A DNA stretch of 64,000 bases from Octopus sinensis (Eukaryota). The translations under genes were made by a program, and so were the position numbers. A model generated the notes under the pieces. It was given only the letters and a program-made list of their open reading frames with translations. It ran no database searches and was not told the DNA's origin. Of this stretch, positions 38,061 through 50,259 are shown piece by piece. Position 1 is the first letter of the stretch. Each line of letters starts with the position of its first letter. The stretch lies in contig NC_043009.1 of assembly GCF_006345805.1 (NCBI RefSeq), positions 40,052,001 through 40,116,000 on the forward strand, read 5' to 3'.

Positions 38061-38279
38061 AGTAGTATTTGTTCTGGCTTTTTATATACGGAGTTCAACA
38101 GACAAATACCTACGTCTAAGCAAACCCTAACTAGTTCAGACATCTCTAAAACAATAGAATGATAGAACCTTGTCACTTTCTAAGTAACCGGTTTGAATTT
38201 CACAAAGGAACAAAACTTAAATAAATATATATAAAAATATGCGAACTTGAGGTTAGTTAAAATATATTTCATACACACA

Positions 38280-38951
38280 CCGTAAATCCTCGAGGATAGT
38301 CCGCCCTTGCGTATAAAACGCAGGGGATTTTTAGGAGGCTATACCTCTGAAAAACCTAAACCTTGTGTATAATACGCACCCCTTCTCTAACTTGAGTCAA
38401 GGAGGTCTATATAACGTCCTTTTTTGTAAAAATGTATACGGTAACGTCCTTTATTATTATTGTATATATAACATAATGTTGGACAAAATTTTTAGAGGCA
38501 TTTCCTTCGATTCCTTACGTTTTGAGTCCAAATTCTGCCGAGTTTGATTTTGTATTTCATACTATTCGGATCGATAAGACAAAGTACCAGTCAAATATTT
38601 GGGTCGATGTAATCCACTTGTTCTACCCTCAAAATTTCAGAACTTGTACTAAAATAAGAGAGTTGATTGGCAAACGTGTAGCTTTTTTGTGCATTTTGTT
38701 TGCAGAAAACAAAGAAAAACAGTAATAACGTTTAATAAATGTTGCTAACTGCAAAGTAATGGATGATTTAAGGTATTTTCGCGCCCGACATCACAAAATG
38801 CGTCTAAATAAACATTGCCGGACAGCAAATAGAGACTCGGACATTGCTTAGAAAATAATTTTCATTTTTTAACCTCGTATATAGTACGCACTAGGGATTT
38901 TGACCTTTAAATTTTGGGGGGAAAATGCGGATTATACTCGAGGATTTACAG
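38280..38951. mobile_element. Non-autonomous Tc2/pogo-type DNA transposon
   Basis: TIRs ccgtaaatcctcgaggatagtccgc (38280) and gcggattatactcgaggatttacag (ending 38951), followed by TA. No ORF. Confidence 0.8.
38481..38672 (+). repeat. 192-bp segment, copy 2, inside the Tc2-type element
   Basis: Near-identical to 37629-37820. Confidence 0.93.
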
Positions 38952-39901
38952 TACCACCATAAATATACAGAAAAGTAGATAATGAGTACAGTGAAATTGC
39001 ATTGGTGAGTGGGAAATCAAACGCTTGAGATAGAGACTTTCTTCAGGGAAAAGTCGGCTGGATGAAATTAAAGAAATGCTGCAGTGTTTTACACCTTCTG
39101 TCAAGTACAGAAATTATGTTGTAACTGAAGCCAAGGGCGGGGCGGGAGTGAATGGTGAAGGAAACACAGGATACCAAGTTTGGGGTTGAACTGGCTTTGT
39201 CATCTCAGGTGGATGTGAGATGCGTAACTGACGAGAGAAATAGTGAGAGTGAAAGAGAGAAAGACAAAGAGAGCAAAAAAAAATGGGAGAAAGAGATACT
39301 GAAAACACAGCGGGAAAGAAAGAAAAAGAGAGAGATGACAGAAGTAGTGTTTCTTAAGAATTTATTCTACCTTATTTGAGGTTCCGATGAAAGCGTGACA
39401 GGTCGGTAGCTTTTAAGATCAGAGAGCCTGGAACATTGCAGAGAGTTTCCAAAGGGCTTGAAGAGATCGAGACGCAGAGAGGGAGAGGAAGAGAGAGAGA
39501 GAAAGAGAGAAAAAAGATAGAGAGAGAGAGAGAAAGATAGAGAGAAAGTAAGAGAGAGAGAGTTACTTTGATGTGTTTGGTAATGAGTCAAAAGGCGAAA
39601 CACATTTGTTGCCATGGATACTCAGCACAGACCTTGTGAAACTCAATGGTTGGGGAAACTGTAGGATTATTAAGGGAATTTTGCATTAATTACGCGATAA
39701 TCGGATGATACAGAGACGAATTAAAAGTTCTGTTTCAACGGGAGAAAATAACTAAGTGTATATGGCATGGCTCTTTCCTTCTCCGAAAGGCAGGTAGTTG
39801 TGGATAGCATCGAAGGTAGGTATTTCGAAACGGCAAACGATTCGGTGTTTGCATCAGTAACATGATTTCCTTGGCAATGCAAAATCCGGTGTCTGTGTAT
39901 G

Positions 39902-39941
<40 letters not shown>

Positions 39942-40467
39942 TACGCACAAACACACACACACACATACACATACACACACATACACACACACATACGCCC
40001 ACCCGCACGCATACATATACACTCACGCATATCTATAACATAGGTTTTATTGTCTTATATAGGAAAGGAGGGCATTCGAGACAAATACGCACGCAATGGC
40101 TAACATCAATGTTGAAAGAAAGTTAGATATCGGAGATGAAATTATGAGTTAACTCCTGCATCTCTGAACTTACACTTAACACATCTATAGTTCTGAATTA
40201 CTATTTCACTAAATACAGTTGTACTTTCTTTGCAAACCTGGTGGGAATATTACTCATCTGTGAATTAACCTCGTAAAACGCTTCGTTGAGTGACCTGGTG
40301 TTTGTTTTATATTACGTTATATTATATTATATTATATTATATTATTTATATTATGTTATATTATATATTATATTCTATCATCGTATAGCATATTATATTT
40401 TAATATATTTTATTACATCATATATTTGATTACATTATATTATATGTCCCTAGATGAGTATTTACGT

Positions 40468-40495
40468 GTTTGTTTTTATATTTCTGCAGGTAAGT
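40468..40495 (+). other. Candidate recursive splice site (zero-length exon motif)
   Basis: gtttgtttttatatttctgcag|gtaagt, with AG at 40488-40489 and GT at 40490-40491. Confidence 0.35.
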
Positions 40496-41262
40496 ATGTG
40501 TGTACTTGTGAGTGTATATGTATGCATTTTATAAAATTCTTATTCTCAAAACATTTACTAGCAGCAATTAATATGTATCTTTTTTAAAAATTGTCACATG
40601 TAATATATGGCATAAAAATATAAGTACACAGGATATTCTATCGAAACGCATTTCTTAACGGAGAATAAATATGGCTTTTTTTCTTGAAGGATGGAGGGTC
40701 GCACGCAGACAATTTGTTTACGAACGTTTTATAGACATCATGCAGAGCTTGGAAGCTAAGTGATTTTCCCTATCAGGAAGTTTAGATAATAAGCTATTTA
40801 TACGGTTACCTAGTAAATATATTTGAATTGGATGTAATCATTAAAGATGCAATGGACGACATTTATAAAGATACCAGTCTTTTATTTGTTATCAAACCGG
40901 TGTCTGTATACAATGCGGAAATAAAAGTAAAGAGCTTATATACCTTATACACAGCATGAGTTTTATATAAGCAAATACATGGCTGTCTTATACAGGCATG
41001 GTTCAGTGGTTAACAAGTTTGCTTCGCAACCACGCGGCATGTTTAGCAAATGCTCTCTAATAAAGCCAAGGAACAGCCAGAACTTTGTGGATAAAACTGG
41101 TTGACGGAAATTGCATATATATGTATGAGTGCGTGGGTGTGTGCGAGTGTGAGTGTAAAGGTATATATATATATACGTATGTATGTATATTTATGCATAC
41201 ACGCACACGTCTATATATAATATATACTCATACATACATATATCCATATAATATATATATAT

Positions 41263-41347
<85 letters not shown>

Positions 41348-41391
41348 TATGCATATATATATATATGTGTGTATGTAATTATGTATCTGTA

Positions 41392-41428
<37 letters not shown>

Positions 41429-41719
41429 GTATGACATGCATTTGTATGTGTGAGCATATAATTGTGTGTGTGTGTGTATGCGTGCGCTCGTGCACACCGC
41501 CTGTGTTTGTTTGAAAGCGATGATAGTTAGCTAGCATTTCCAGAATTTACTAGTCCGGCAGAGAAAGACTGATAAAATATTTAGAAATCTTAAAAATAAT
41601 ATAGATGATCGAGTAGATTTCATCGAGTATACATTCTGAAGAACCAGAATCCTTGTTCTGTACCAGATCCTTGACCTGTACACACACACAGACATACACA
41701 CACATATATATAGTAATTT

Positions 41720-41968
41720 CGTATGGTTCAGTGGTTAGCGCTTCGGATTTATAATCGCAAAGTTGTAAGTTCGATTTCCGGACCGGGAAGTCACTTTATT
41801 TCAAGTTGTTTCAGTTCAGTCAGCTGTAGCGACGTCACTGATGCCAAGCTGTATTGCACTTTTCCTTTCTATTGGACAATATCGGCCTCATGGAGAAGGG
41901 AGACTGGTATGTTCGGCGACTGTTAGTCTTGCACAAAACAACCTTGCCGGACATGTGTGCCACGGAGG
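41720..41968 (+). mobile_element. SINE family C, decayed
   Basis: atggttcagtggttagcgc..gtaagttcgatttccggaccggg..gacgtcactgatgccaagctgta..aaacaaccttgccggac. Confidence 0.8.
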
Positions 41969-41972
41969 GGCA

Positions 41973-42029
41973 TTTTCACAATACGCACGCTACTCGAAAA
42001 AAAACCGAGTAGCGTGCGTATTGTGAAAA
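41973..42029. repeat. Perfect 24-bp hairpin with a 9-nt A-rich loop
   Basis: ttttcacaatacgcacgctactcg-aaaaaaaac-cgagtagcgtgcgtattgtgaaaa. Confidence 0.93.
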
Positions 42030-42138
42030 ATTATATGGTAATGGACAATATGTCCAATTTTCGGCATATTTGGCATTAGAAACTTTTTCGTTTGCCCTTA
42101 TTTATAAGTTGTATGTATACATATATATATATATATAT

Positions 42139-42972
42139 ATCACTTTGATCACTTTGACCGACCAGTCCGTCAGGCATCCATTTGACACCGCTGGTCACAG
42201 CACGCTGTCCACTCGTCTCTGGATCACGCCTTTCTCATCCACGTGATCCCAATCGTCCTCCTGAAATCGTAATTCCACCGTCGTGGAGGTCTTCCGGGTG
42301 GTCTTTTCCGCTCACGCGAGTACCACTCGACAGCTGCGCGCGTCCACCGATTATCGGTGAGCCGGGCGACGTGTCCAGCCCATCTATACTTGCTGCGTGT
42401 ATACTCTGCGATGACATCTCTCACGCCGGACTTCTTTCTGATGATCTTGCTACTTATGTGCTCTCTCAACGAGATACCAAGCATTGACCTTTCCATGGCT
42501 CTTTGAGCTGTTACCAGTCTTTGCTCTTCTTCTTTGTGGTAGCCCATGTTTCACTACCATATAACATTGCAGGCAGAACTGCACTGTTAATGAGGTTGGC
42601 GCGGGTGGACCTGTCCAACCTTCCCTTGAGCACATCCCTTATGCCATTGAACGCCTTCCATCCGGCTCTTACTCTCCGTGAGATCTCCTTTTTGATATCC
42701 CGGCACATATTTACTTCCTGTCCCAGGTAGACATATTCTCTCACCTCCTCTATTTCATCACTGCCGATCACCATTCGACCTGTTGGTACATTGTCTGACC
42801 GCATGAACTTTGTTTTCATGCGGTTCATCTTGAGACCTACTGCAGAACTTTTGATGTCGAGCTCCGTCAGCATGGTCTGAAGCTTATCCATGTTTTCAGC
42901 GATGAGTACGATGTTGTCAGCGAAACGGAGGTGAGTGAGGAGCTCGCCATTGATGTTGACACCACCTTGCCA
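42139..42972 (-). mobile_element. RTE-clade LINE, 5'-truncated (RT C-terminal half plus 3' tail)
   Basis: NGELLTHLRFADNIVLIA (FADD to FADN), GLKMNRMKTKFM, EYVYLG, LPAMLYGSETW, a frameshift, then RWAGHVAR and RPPGRPPRRW. Tail is (gatcaaagt)x2, with (TA)n on both sides. Confidence 0.95.
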
Positions 42973-44165
42973 TTATATATATAACTAAAAGCTGACACAT
43001 CTAATTCCAAGGATTTATATATTGAACAAGGAGCTTTAGGCTAAATATCCATTTGATATTGAAATAAAACCAACAATAATTAAACTGTGAAACACACATC
43101 TGCTGACCAATACACACAATTAAATTAAATAAAATTTGGGATTTTGGGGAGGTTCAAAATAGGACAGTGAAAACAAACAGGAAGGGCTGCTAAACCTAAA
43201 CGAGGTTGAGGTTGTGGTGGCGAACACGTACATATATAGCTGTTGCGGTATGTATGCATATTTGTACGTATGTCACTGTTAAGTTTTATTTCAAGATTTC
43301 TTGCCAATAGAGAAAGAGCCGGTTTCTAACCTAGATCCAAAACTCTTTCATTAGAATTTCAACATCAACAACAGGGTATTTTTGTGTGTATGTATGTATA
43401 TGTGCAGATTTGTATGTTTTGTTTTATGCATGCGTTCCCGTGCATATAGTTGCGTATCTAGACATGCTCATATATATTTAAAGGATAAACTTCTGGAAAG
43501 TTTTACAGATTTTTATAGTTCCAGTGATGGATTGGATCTGTAATCTTCAAATCAGCTTTCACCTTTCAGGTTTTGAGAAGCCTAATTTCTCAAGATTGGT
43601 ATTTAGGCAGTATGTTACTTACCCTTGAGCGGTAATATTATGTATGTATGTATGTATGTGTGAATGTGTGTATATAAATACACGTTGAGAGAGAGAGAGA
43701 GTGAGAGAGAGACAGAGAGACAGAGATAGAAAGAGAGAAAGACAGAGAGAGACAGAGAGGGAGACAGACAGTCAGAGACGTGGAGGCAAAGTGATGCAAT
43801 GTTGCCGAGTATTTAATATGTTCGTTTTGCAATCATTTGATACCGAGTTCGACTCTACTGAGGAGGACCTTAGGCAAATGTAATTTTCTATAGCCTCTGT
43901 GACACATTCTTTGAGAGGCAACCAAATTGGCTAGCGGGGACACTGCACAGAATTCCTGCGAGTGGATTGAACTTGTATTTCAAAACTTACAGGTATGTCA
44001 GTCACAGTATCGTAGCACGCTGGTTTTATCGAAGGTAAACGTGTGGTTTGCTACTATTGTGATGCAATCTGGGACTTGATCAACCCTGGATGGCACAAGT
44101 TGAATTTGATGGATTTCTGTTCTCAAGCGATTAGAATTAATTTGTTTGATCTGCTGAATAACTAT

Positions 44166-44395
44166 TTCTTTATTACTCACAAGGGGCTAAACACAGAGGG
44201 GACAAACAAGGACAGACATAGGTATTAAGTCGATTACATTGACCCCAGTGCGTAACTGGTATTTAATTTATCGACCCCGAAAGGATGAAAAGCAAAGTCG
44301 ATCTCGGCGGAATTTGAACTCACAACGTAACGGCAGACGAAATATCGCTAAGCATTTCGCCCGACGTGCTAACGTTTCTACCAGCTAGCCGCCTA
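44166..44395 (-). mobile_element. SINE family A monomer, full length
   Basis: Minus strand aggcggctagctggtagaaacgttagcacg..gttcaaattccgccgagatcgac..ccccttgtgagtaataaagaaata. Confidence 0.92.
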
Positions 44396-44776
44396 ATCTG
44401 CCGAATAACTGGTTCACGACTTAACATGTGTGTGGTGGTGGTGGTAGTGGTGGTGGTGGTGGTAGTGGTGGTGGTGGTGGTGGTGGTGGTGGTGGTGTGT
44501 GTGTGTGTGTAAATGGTTTGCTCTGTATAGCACTGAAAACCCGTTCAAAGGTAATATTGGCCTGTCGGCCTAGTCTGCGTGGTGGCATCATTCGAAAGCT
44601 GCAACAATGCGAGGAAGTGCATCGTGGCTAGCAGTGCATAACAACGAGCCGTAGTCTGGGTGATAGTGATGGCGTGATATATCTACATCTATAGCTATAT
44701 TTATATTTATAGCTATATCAATATCTATATCTAAATATATATTAATCCCTACTAAGTATATTAATCCCTACTTAGT

Positions 44777-45348
44777 AGCAAAAAAATTCTAGAAAAAATT
44801 CTCCGCTACCAGCGGTCTAGTGAGGAAGAAGATATAGTCAAAGACTATATAATATACATTCAACAATATAAGGAATGGCCCTGATAGGCCATTCGACTCA
44901 CTAGAAAGAGCAGCCAAACTCAAACCGCTAAATGTTGTAATTCTGAAATCGGTTTGAGTTTGGCTGCTCTTTCTAGTGAGTCGAATGGCCTATCAGGGCC
45001 AATCCTTATATTGTTGAATGTATATTATATAGTCTTTGACTATCTTCTTTATCACTGGACCGCTGGTAGCGGAGAATTTTTTTGCTACCCTTATATTTAT
45101 TAATTAATGATTTTTTAGCTAATTTTGAAATTAAATCAGCAGTTTATACTCGCGAAGAAGAAAACCGCGCGGTAGCGGTGGATTTTGAAAATTTAGAGCA
45201 TATAGGCTTGAGGCTTCCTTGCTGTAGCCTCGTGGACATATTATTTCTCTTCAAATTTCAGAATTACAACTATTTAGCGGTTTGAGTTTGGCTGCTCTTT
45301 CTAGTGAGTCGAATGGCCTATCAGTGCCATTCCTTATATTGTTGAATA
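44777..45348. mobile_element. Three-armed foldback element
   Basis: Arm 44793-44927 pairs with 44950-45083 (22-nt spacer). 45255-45348 pairs with 44856-44949. Confidence 0.9.
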
Positions 45349-45564
45349 TATCTAAATATATATATATTTAGATATATATATAAGGAGTAGTTTATATGCA
45401 TTATTTTTATTGTATTATTAATTTACATATTGATGTATATTGTTTTGTTCGATTTTCATGTTCCTATTTATATAATTAATAAATAATATGAAATTGTAAT
45501 ATCTGTAAGTTGATGATCGAAATGAATTGGTTCCTCCATTTTCTTATTTGTATATATATATATA

Positions 45565-45940
45565 TCTTGGCTCCCCGTCGCTTGCGACGACGAGGGTTCC
45601 CGTTGATTCGATCAGCATGCTCATGAAATTAACAGGCAAGTGGCTGAGCACTCTACAGACACGTGTACCCTTAACATAGTTCTCTGGTAGAGTCAGCGTG
45701 ACACGCAGTGTGACAAGGCTTGCCCCTTTGAAATACAGATACAACAGAAACAGGAAGAAAGAGTAAGAGAAAGTTGTGGTGAAATAGTACAGCAGGATTC
45801 GCCACCCACCCCCTGCTGGAGCCTTGTGGATCTTTAGGTGTTTTCGCTCAATAAATACTCACAACGCCCGGTCTGGGAATCGAAACCGTAATCATATGAC
45901 CGCGAGTCCGTTGCCCTAACCACTGGGCCATTGCACCTCC
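45565..45940 (-). mobile_element. tRNA-derived SINE family D, full length
   Basis: Head ggaggtgcaatggcccagtggttagggc..ggtttcgattccc is shared with 3296-3544, but the 3' body differs. Related fragment at ~2510-2640. Confidence 0.85.
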
Positions 45941-46021
45941 ACATATATACATATACACCCGGACAAACATACATATGTTTATATATATGTGTGTGTGTGT
46001 GTGCGTGCGTGTGTGTGCGTG

Positions 46022-46056
<35 letters not shown>

Positions 46057-46604
46057 ATGTATGTGCGTTTGTGTGTGTGTGTGCAATCGTAATCGGTGTG
46101 TCTGCGTGTATGTATACCTTAGTAGGGATGTACTTCCCGTTATGTCAAAAGAAAATGTATCAATTTGATGAAGAAATAAAAAATGGCTACGAAATGAAAG
46201 CTGTACTAGGTCATTATTGATTGATAAAGACCCTTGAAGGCAGTGAAACCATTAATGATTAAACTAGTATGTATGTATGGTTTGGCTTTAAAAAATACTA
46301 ATCACAGTAGTAGGCGTAGTGTAATTAACTTATAATTAAAATACTATGCATAATGTGAAAAAATGTATTTAAAAGTCTTAATTACGCATCTCTATCTTAT
46401 ATATCACAGAAGAATAGCTTCACTTAAGCATAATTATCCAAAGAATGTAGGAAGCTAAGATGCAAATATCTATACTTTGGCGGATTTGATTTTCTCTCGC
46501 TTTAATATACTAAGTATAAGTCATTTTTTTTTGCGCTTTTTTTAACGGCTTCTGTTATAAAGGATATTCATTGCAAAGGCTTTTGAACACAAGATAATAT
46601 TCCT

Positions 46605-47060
46605 TTCCATGCACAAGGCCTGAAATGTAATGGGAGGAGACCAGTCGATTACATCAACTCCAGTTCTCAGCTGGTGCTTAATTTATCAGCCCCGGCAGTA
46701 TTTGAGCCCAGAACGTAAAGACGGACGAAATGCCGCGAAGCATCTTGCCCGGCGTACTAACGATTCTGCCAGCTCGCAGCCTTATGTCAAGCTGTAATGT
46801 TGATTTCAAATTTTGGCACAAGGCCAGCAATTTCGTTGGCGATGATAGATCGGCAACATTGACCTCCAGAGTTCAACTGGTAGTTATTTTATCGATCTCG
46901 AAATTGCAAAGTGGACTTCGATGGAATTTGAACTCAGGTCGACTTTATCTTTCATCCTTTCAGGGTCGATAAAATTAGTACCAGTTGAACAATGGGGTCG
47001 GGTGTAATTGACTCACCATCTCTCCCAAAATTGCAGGCCTTGTCCCAAAATTTGAAACCA
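46605..47060. mobile_element. Cluster of three SINE family A-related fragments (two minus, one plus)
   Basis: Repeated gcacaaggcc..gtcgattacatc..atttgag/aactcag blocks at ~46605-46775 and ~46810-46935. A plus-strand gtcgactttatctttcatcctttcagggtcgataaa lies at 46936-47060. Confidence 0.7.
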
Positions 47061-47212
47061 GTCCAAGATAATATTAGTAACTTCATATTCTTATTTAGGT
47101 TTAGCTGGGAGATGAATATGTTTGTGGCTATCAGCACACACACACGCATACACACACACGCACACACACAAACACACACTCACACACACACACGCGCGCA
47201 TCTGGGTTGTAC

Positions 47213-47242
47213 ATTTATTTAATTTTCTTTCTACAGGTAAGA
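47213..47242 (+). other. Candidate recursive splice site (zero-length exon motif)
   Basis: atttatttaattttctttctacag|gtaaga, with AG at 47235-47236 and GT at 47237-47238. Confidence 0.3.
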
Positions 47243-47384
47243 GGAAATTTTAATTGCTCGCCCGTATATGTATACAGTAAAGATTTACTATAGCGTTGTA
47301 TATTGTCGACTGCTGTTTCCTGTAAATACTGGTGCATTGTTTTACTACTGTCTTATATATATATATATATATATATATTCAAAA

Positions 47385-47592
47385 CGTGACCGGGTGTATA
47401 CCGTTGGCGATTTTTTTTCTCCGTCTTCCCTTCTTTGGATCTTTCCTTTTCCTATGTTTCTGACGAAGAGCTCCGCTCGAAACGTTAAACCCTCCTTCTT
47501 TCCTTCTTTCCTGAGCGTCCAATAATACTATACTTGTTCCACGTCCTCGCGTTGTTGTGTTTTCTCTTTGTGTTTTCATGTTTGGATTAACT
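47385..47592 (+). mobile_element. ~200-bp Penelope-type terminal unit with hammerhead ribozyme, between (TA)n tracts
   Basis: Reverse complement of 33736-33935. Confidence 0.7.
47456..47490 (+). ncRNA. Minimal type I hammerhead ribozyme, intact core
   Basis: gttt-CTGACGA-A-GAGC-tcc-GCTC-GAA-ACGT-T-aaac. Stem I is gttt/aaac, stem II is GAGC/GCTC, stem III is the palindrome ACGT, and the GUU cleavage triplet ends at 47486. Confidence 0.8.
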
Positions 47593-49254
47593 ATATATAT
47601 ATATATACACACACATACATATGATGGAATTCCACTCAGTTTCTGTATAGCAAATTCAGAAAACAGGTATTGGTCGTTCCGAGGCTATAGAAGGATAGAA
47701 GGCACGTGCCAAGATTCCACACTCTGGTATGGAACGTGAAACTCGTGATTGCAAAGCGAGCTTCTTAAAGACACAATCACGCATGCACATTTGTAAAAGT
47801 AAAAGGTTGTGTAACTAGTAAAATAATACCTGTATTCTAATCAGATAAATTTTAAGATTTCTGAGTCATTAATACCATTAGCCTGTGGGCAGCTTAAATT
47901 TCCAATTGTTTTGACACTCCACCTGGTCGGCATTAAAATGCTCTATTTCCTGCTAAAGGCAACGCAGGATTAACAGCCTCATCATTGCGCAACTAAAAGG
48001 AGCAGGATTTATCCGCTTAGCCATTTCAACATCTCATTTATGTTTACTCCAAGATTAAGCAGTTCAGAGTGTATTTCTGCTTTTTTTATTCAGCACACTT
48101 GTTTTCGTTTAAAATACGAAGCATTAAAAAAAGGTCACCAACGTGTCTTGAATGTTTTTTTGTTGTTGTTTTCCATTTGCAATAACTCGATTTCTTTTAT
48201 GTGATTACGTAAAAGTATGATGTATTATTAAGTCTGTCATCCGTTAAAGGTTTAAAATTATTTAACCTCAGTGTGAGTTTCGATTACTGCCATTCATCAT
48301 AGATTTAAACAATTGTTTCAAAGGAAGTCAACTGTAAAGATCAACCCACAGAAGAGAACCGGTGAAGAACAAGTGATTAGAATGAAAGAATTGTTCTGCA
48401 ATTGAGCAAAGCTAATATAGCCATCACCCTTTTATTATAGTTAAAGACAGAAAGCCTAAAGAACGTAAAACGAAGGTTAATAAATCTTTAAATTCGGACA
48501 TTTTATACATTGTGATTGGAAGATCTTGGCGTAAAATTACCTGAACACTTTTCAAATACTTAATCAATTCAATGCAGCGTAAACGACAGATAGCCTTTGA
48601 ATGGAAGAATTACCCTGTGGCATTCATTGTTAAATTGGAACTTAATTTACATTTACTGTCTTTTCCAATTTTTATTTCAATTCTAAAGGGTAGTTTCCAA
48701 AAAGAAAGAGAAAGAAAAGGAAAGAAAGATGCACATATCTGGCATGAGACGTTGATTTTTATCATTCATTTATTATTATCATCTAGCATGTTTTCACTAA
48801 AAGGGATTCTCGATAACCTTCATTATTCTCTGTTTCTTCTCATTTTATTTAAAGACGATGGAAATAATATGAAGTATAGAGATAATGCTGTGAGTTAACA
48901 GAATCATAAAGATCGCTAGGGCTATCGGACAAATTGTATCACAGCATTTATTAACAGATCCTTCGTAAGGCCACGGTTCAAATCCCACCGAAGGCATCTT
49001 TGATTTTTTTTTCTTCATTCCAGGATCCATAAACCAAACAGAATTCAAGAACTCAGGTTGATATAATCGTCTGTAACCTCTTTTAAAAAAAGTATGGCTT
49101 GCGTCTATTCATCAAATCAATATTTATTATGAAACTTGATAAGTACGGCAAGTTTTTGACGTAGTTTTAGATATATCGAAGAAATCTTCATCACTGAAGG
49201 CTATTATATTGTAAATGCCGTTTCTTTTCCAGTTCACACAGAATCAACCAAAAC

Positions 49255-49275
49255 AACAACAACAACAAGAACACC

Positions 49276-49334
<59 letters not shown>

Positions 49335-49365
49335 AATAATGATAATAGTAATAATAATAATAATT
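49255..49365. repeat. (AAC)n(AAT)n trinucleotide tract
   Basis: Direct reading. Confidence 0.95.
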
Positions 49366-49774
49366 TCTTCATCCATAAAATGTTTTCTTGATAGAAATTT
49401 ACTGTTGGCATAACAACAAATATATTGCGGAACATTTCTCGTATCGAAAATAGGCTTCAGTGTTATGCTCAATGAATTCGAAATTCCTACTGTGAAGTAA
49501 AATCACAAATATTGCCATAACCATCTCCCTTGTTAGATATTACCTCAGTTTTTCTTCTCTCTTCGTCTGCTTACTAACCTATATATACATATACATCTAT
49601 ATACATACGTGCCTACACACACACACGCACGCACATGCACACATGTATATCATGTATATGTATACATATATATATATGTGTATTGATGTAAGCATATATC
49701 CATATGTGAACGTACACAATCATATGTATGTATATGAATATATGTATGAATATATATACGTGTGTGAGTATATA

Positions 49775-49874
<100 letters not shown>

Positions 49875-50082
49875 GCACACAGAAATACACACAGAGTCAT
49901 ACACACACACACACATACATGGATGAAATGTATGAATGATTTCCAATATCTAAGATTACAGAAAGAAAGCTCAAAGACAGACACTGAATTAAGAAATGAA
50001 TCGTTGTGGTCGACAATGTACAAAGGTGTCGGCAATATAAAAAGGACATATATCTAATGACCTCAGAATACAACTAATATGC

Positions 50083-50126
<44 letters not shown>

Positions 50127-50226
50127 TATATATACATACATACATACATACATATGCACACACACACGCGCGCATATATATATATATTATATATATATAC
50201 ATACACATATATATATATATATATAT

Positions 50227-50259
<33 letters not shown>

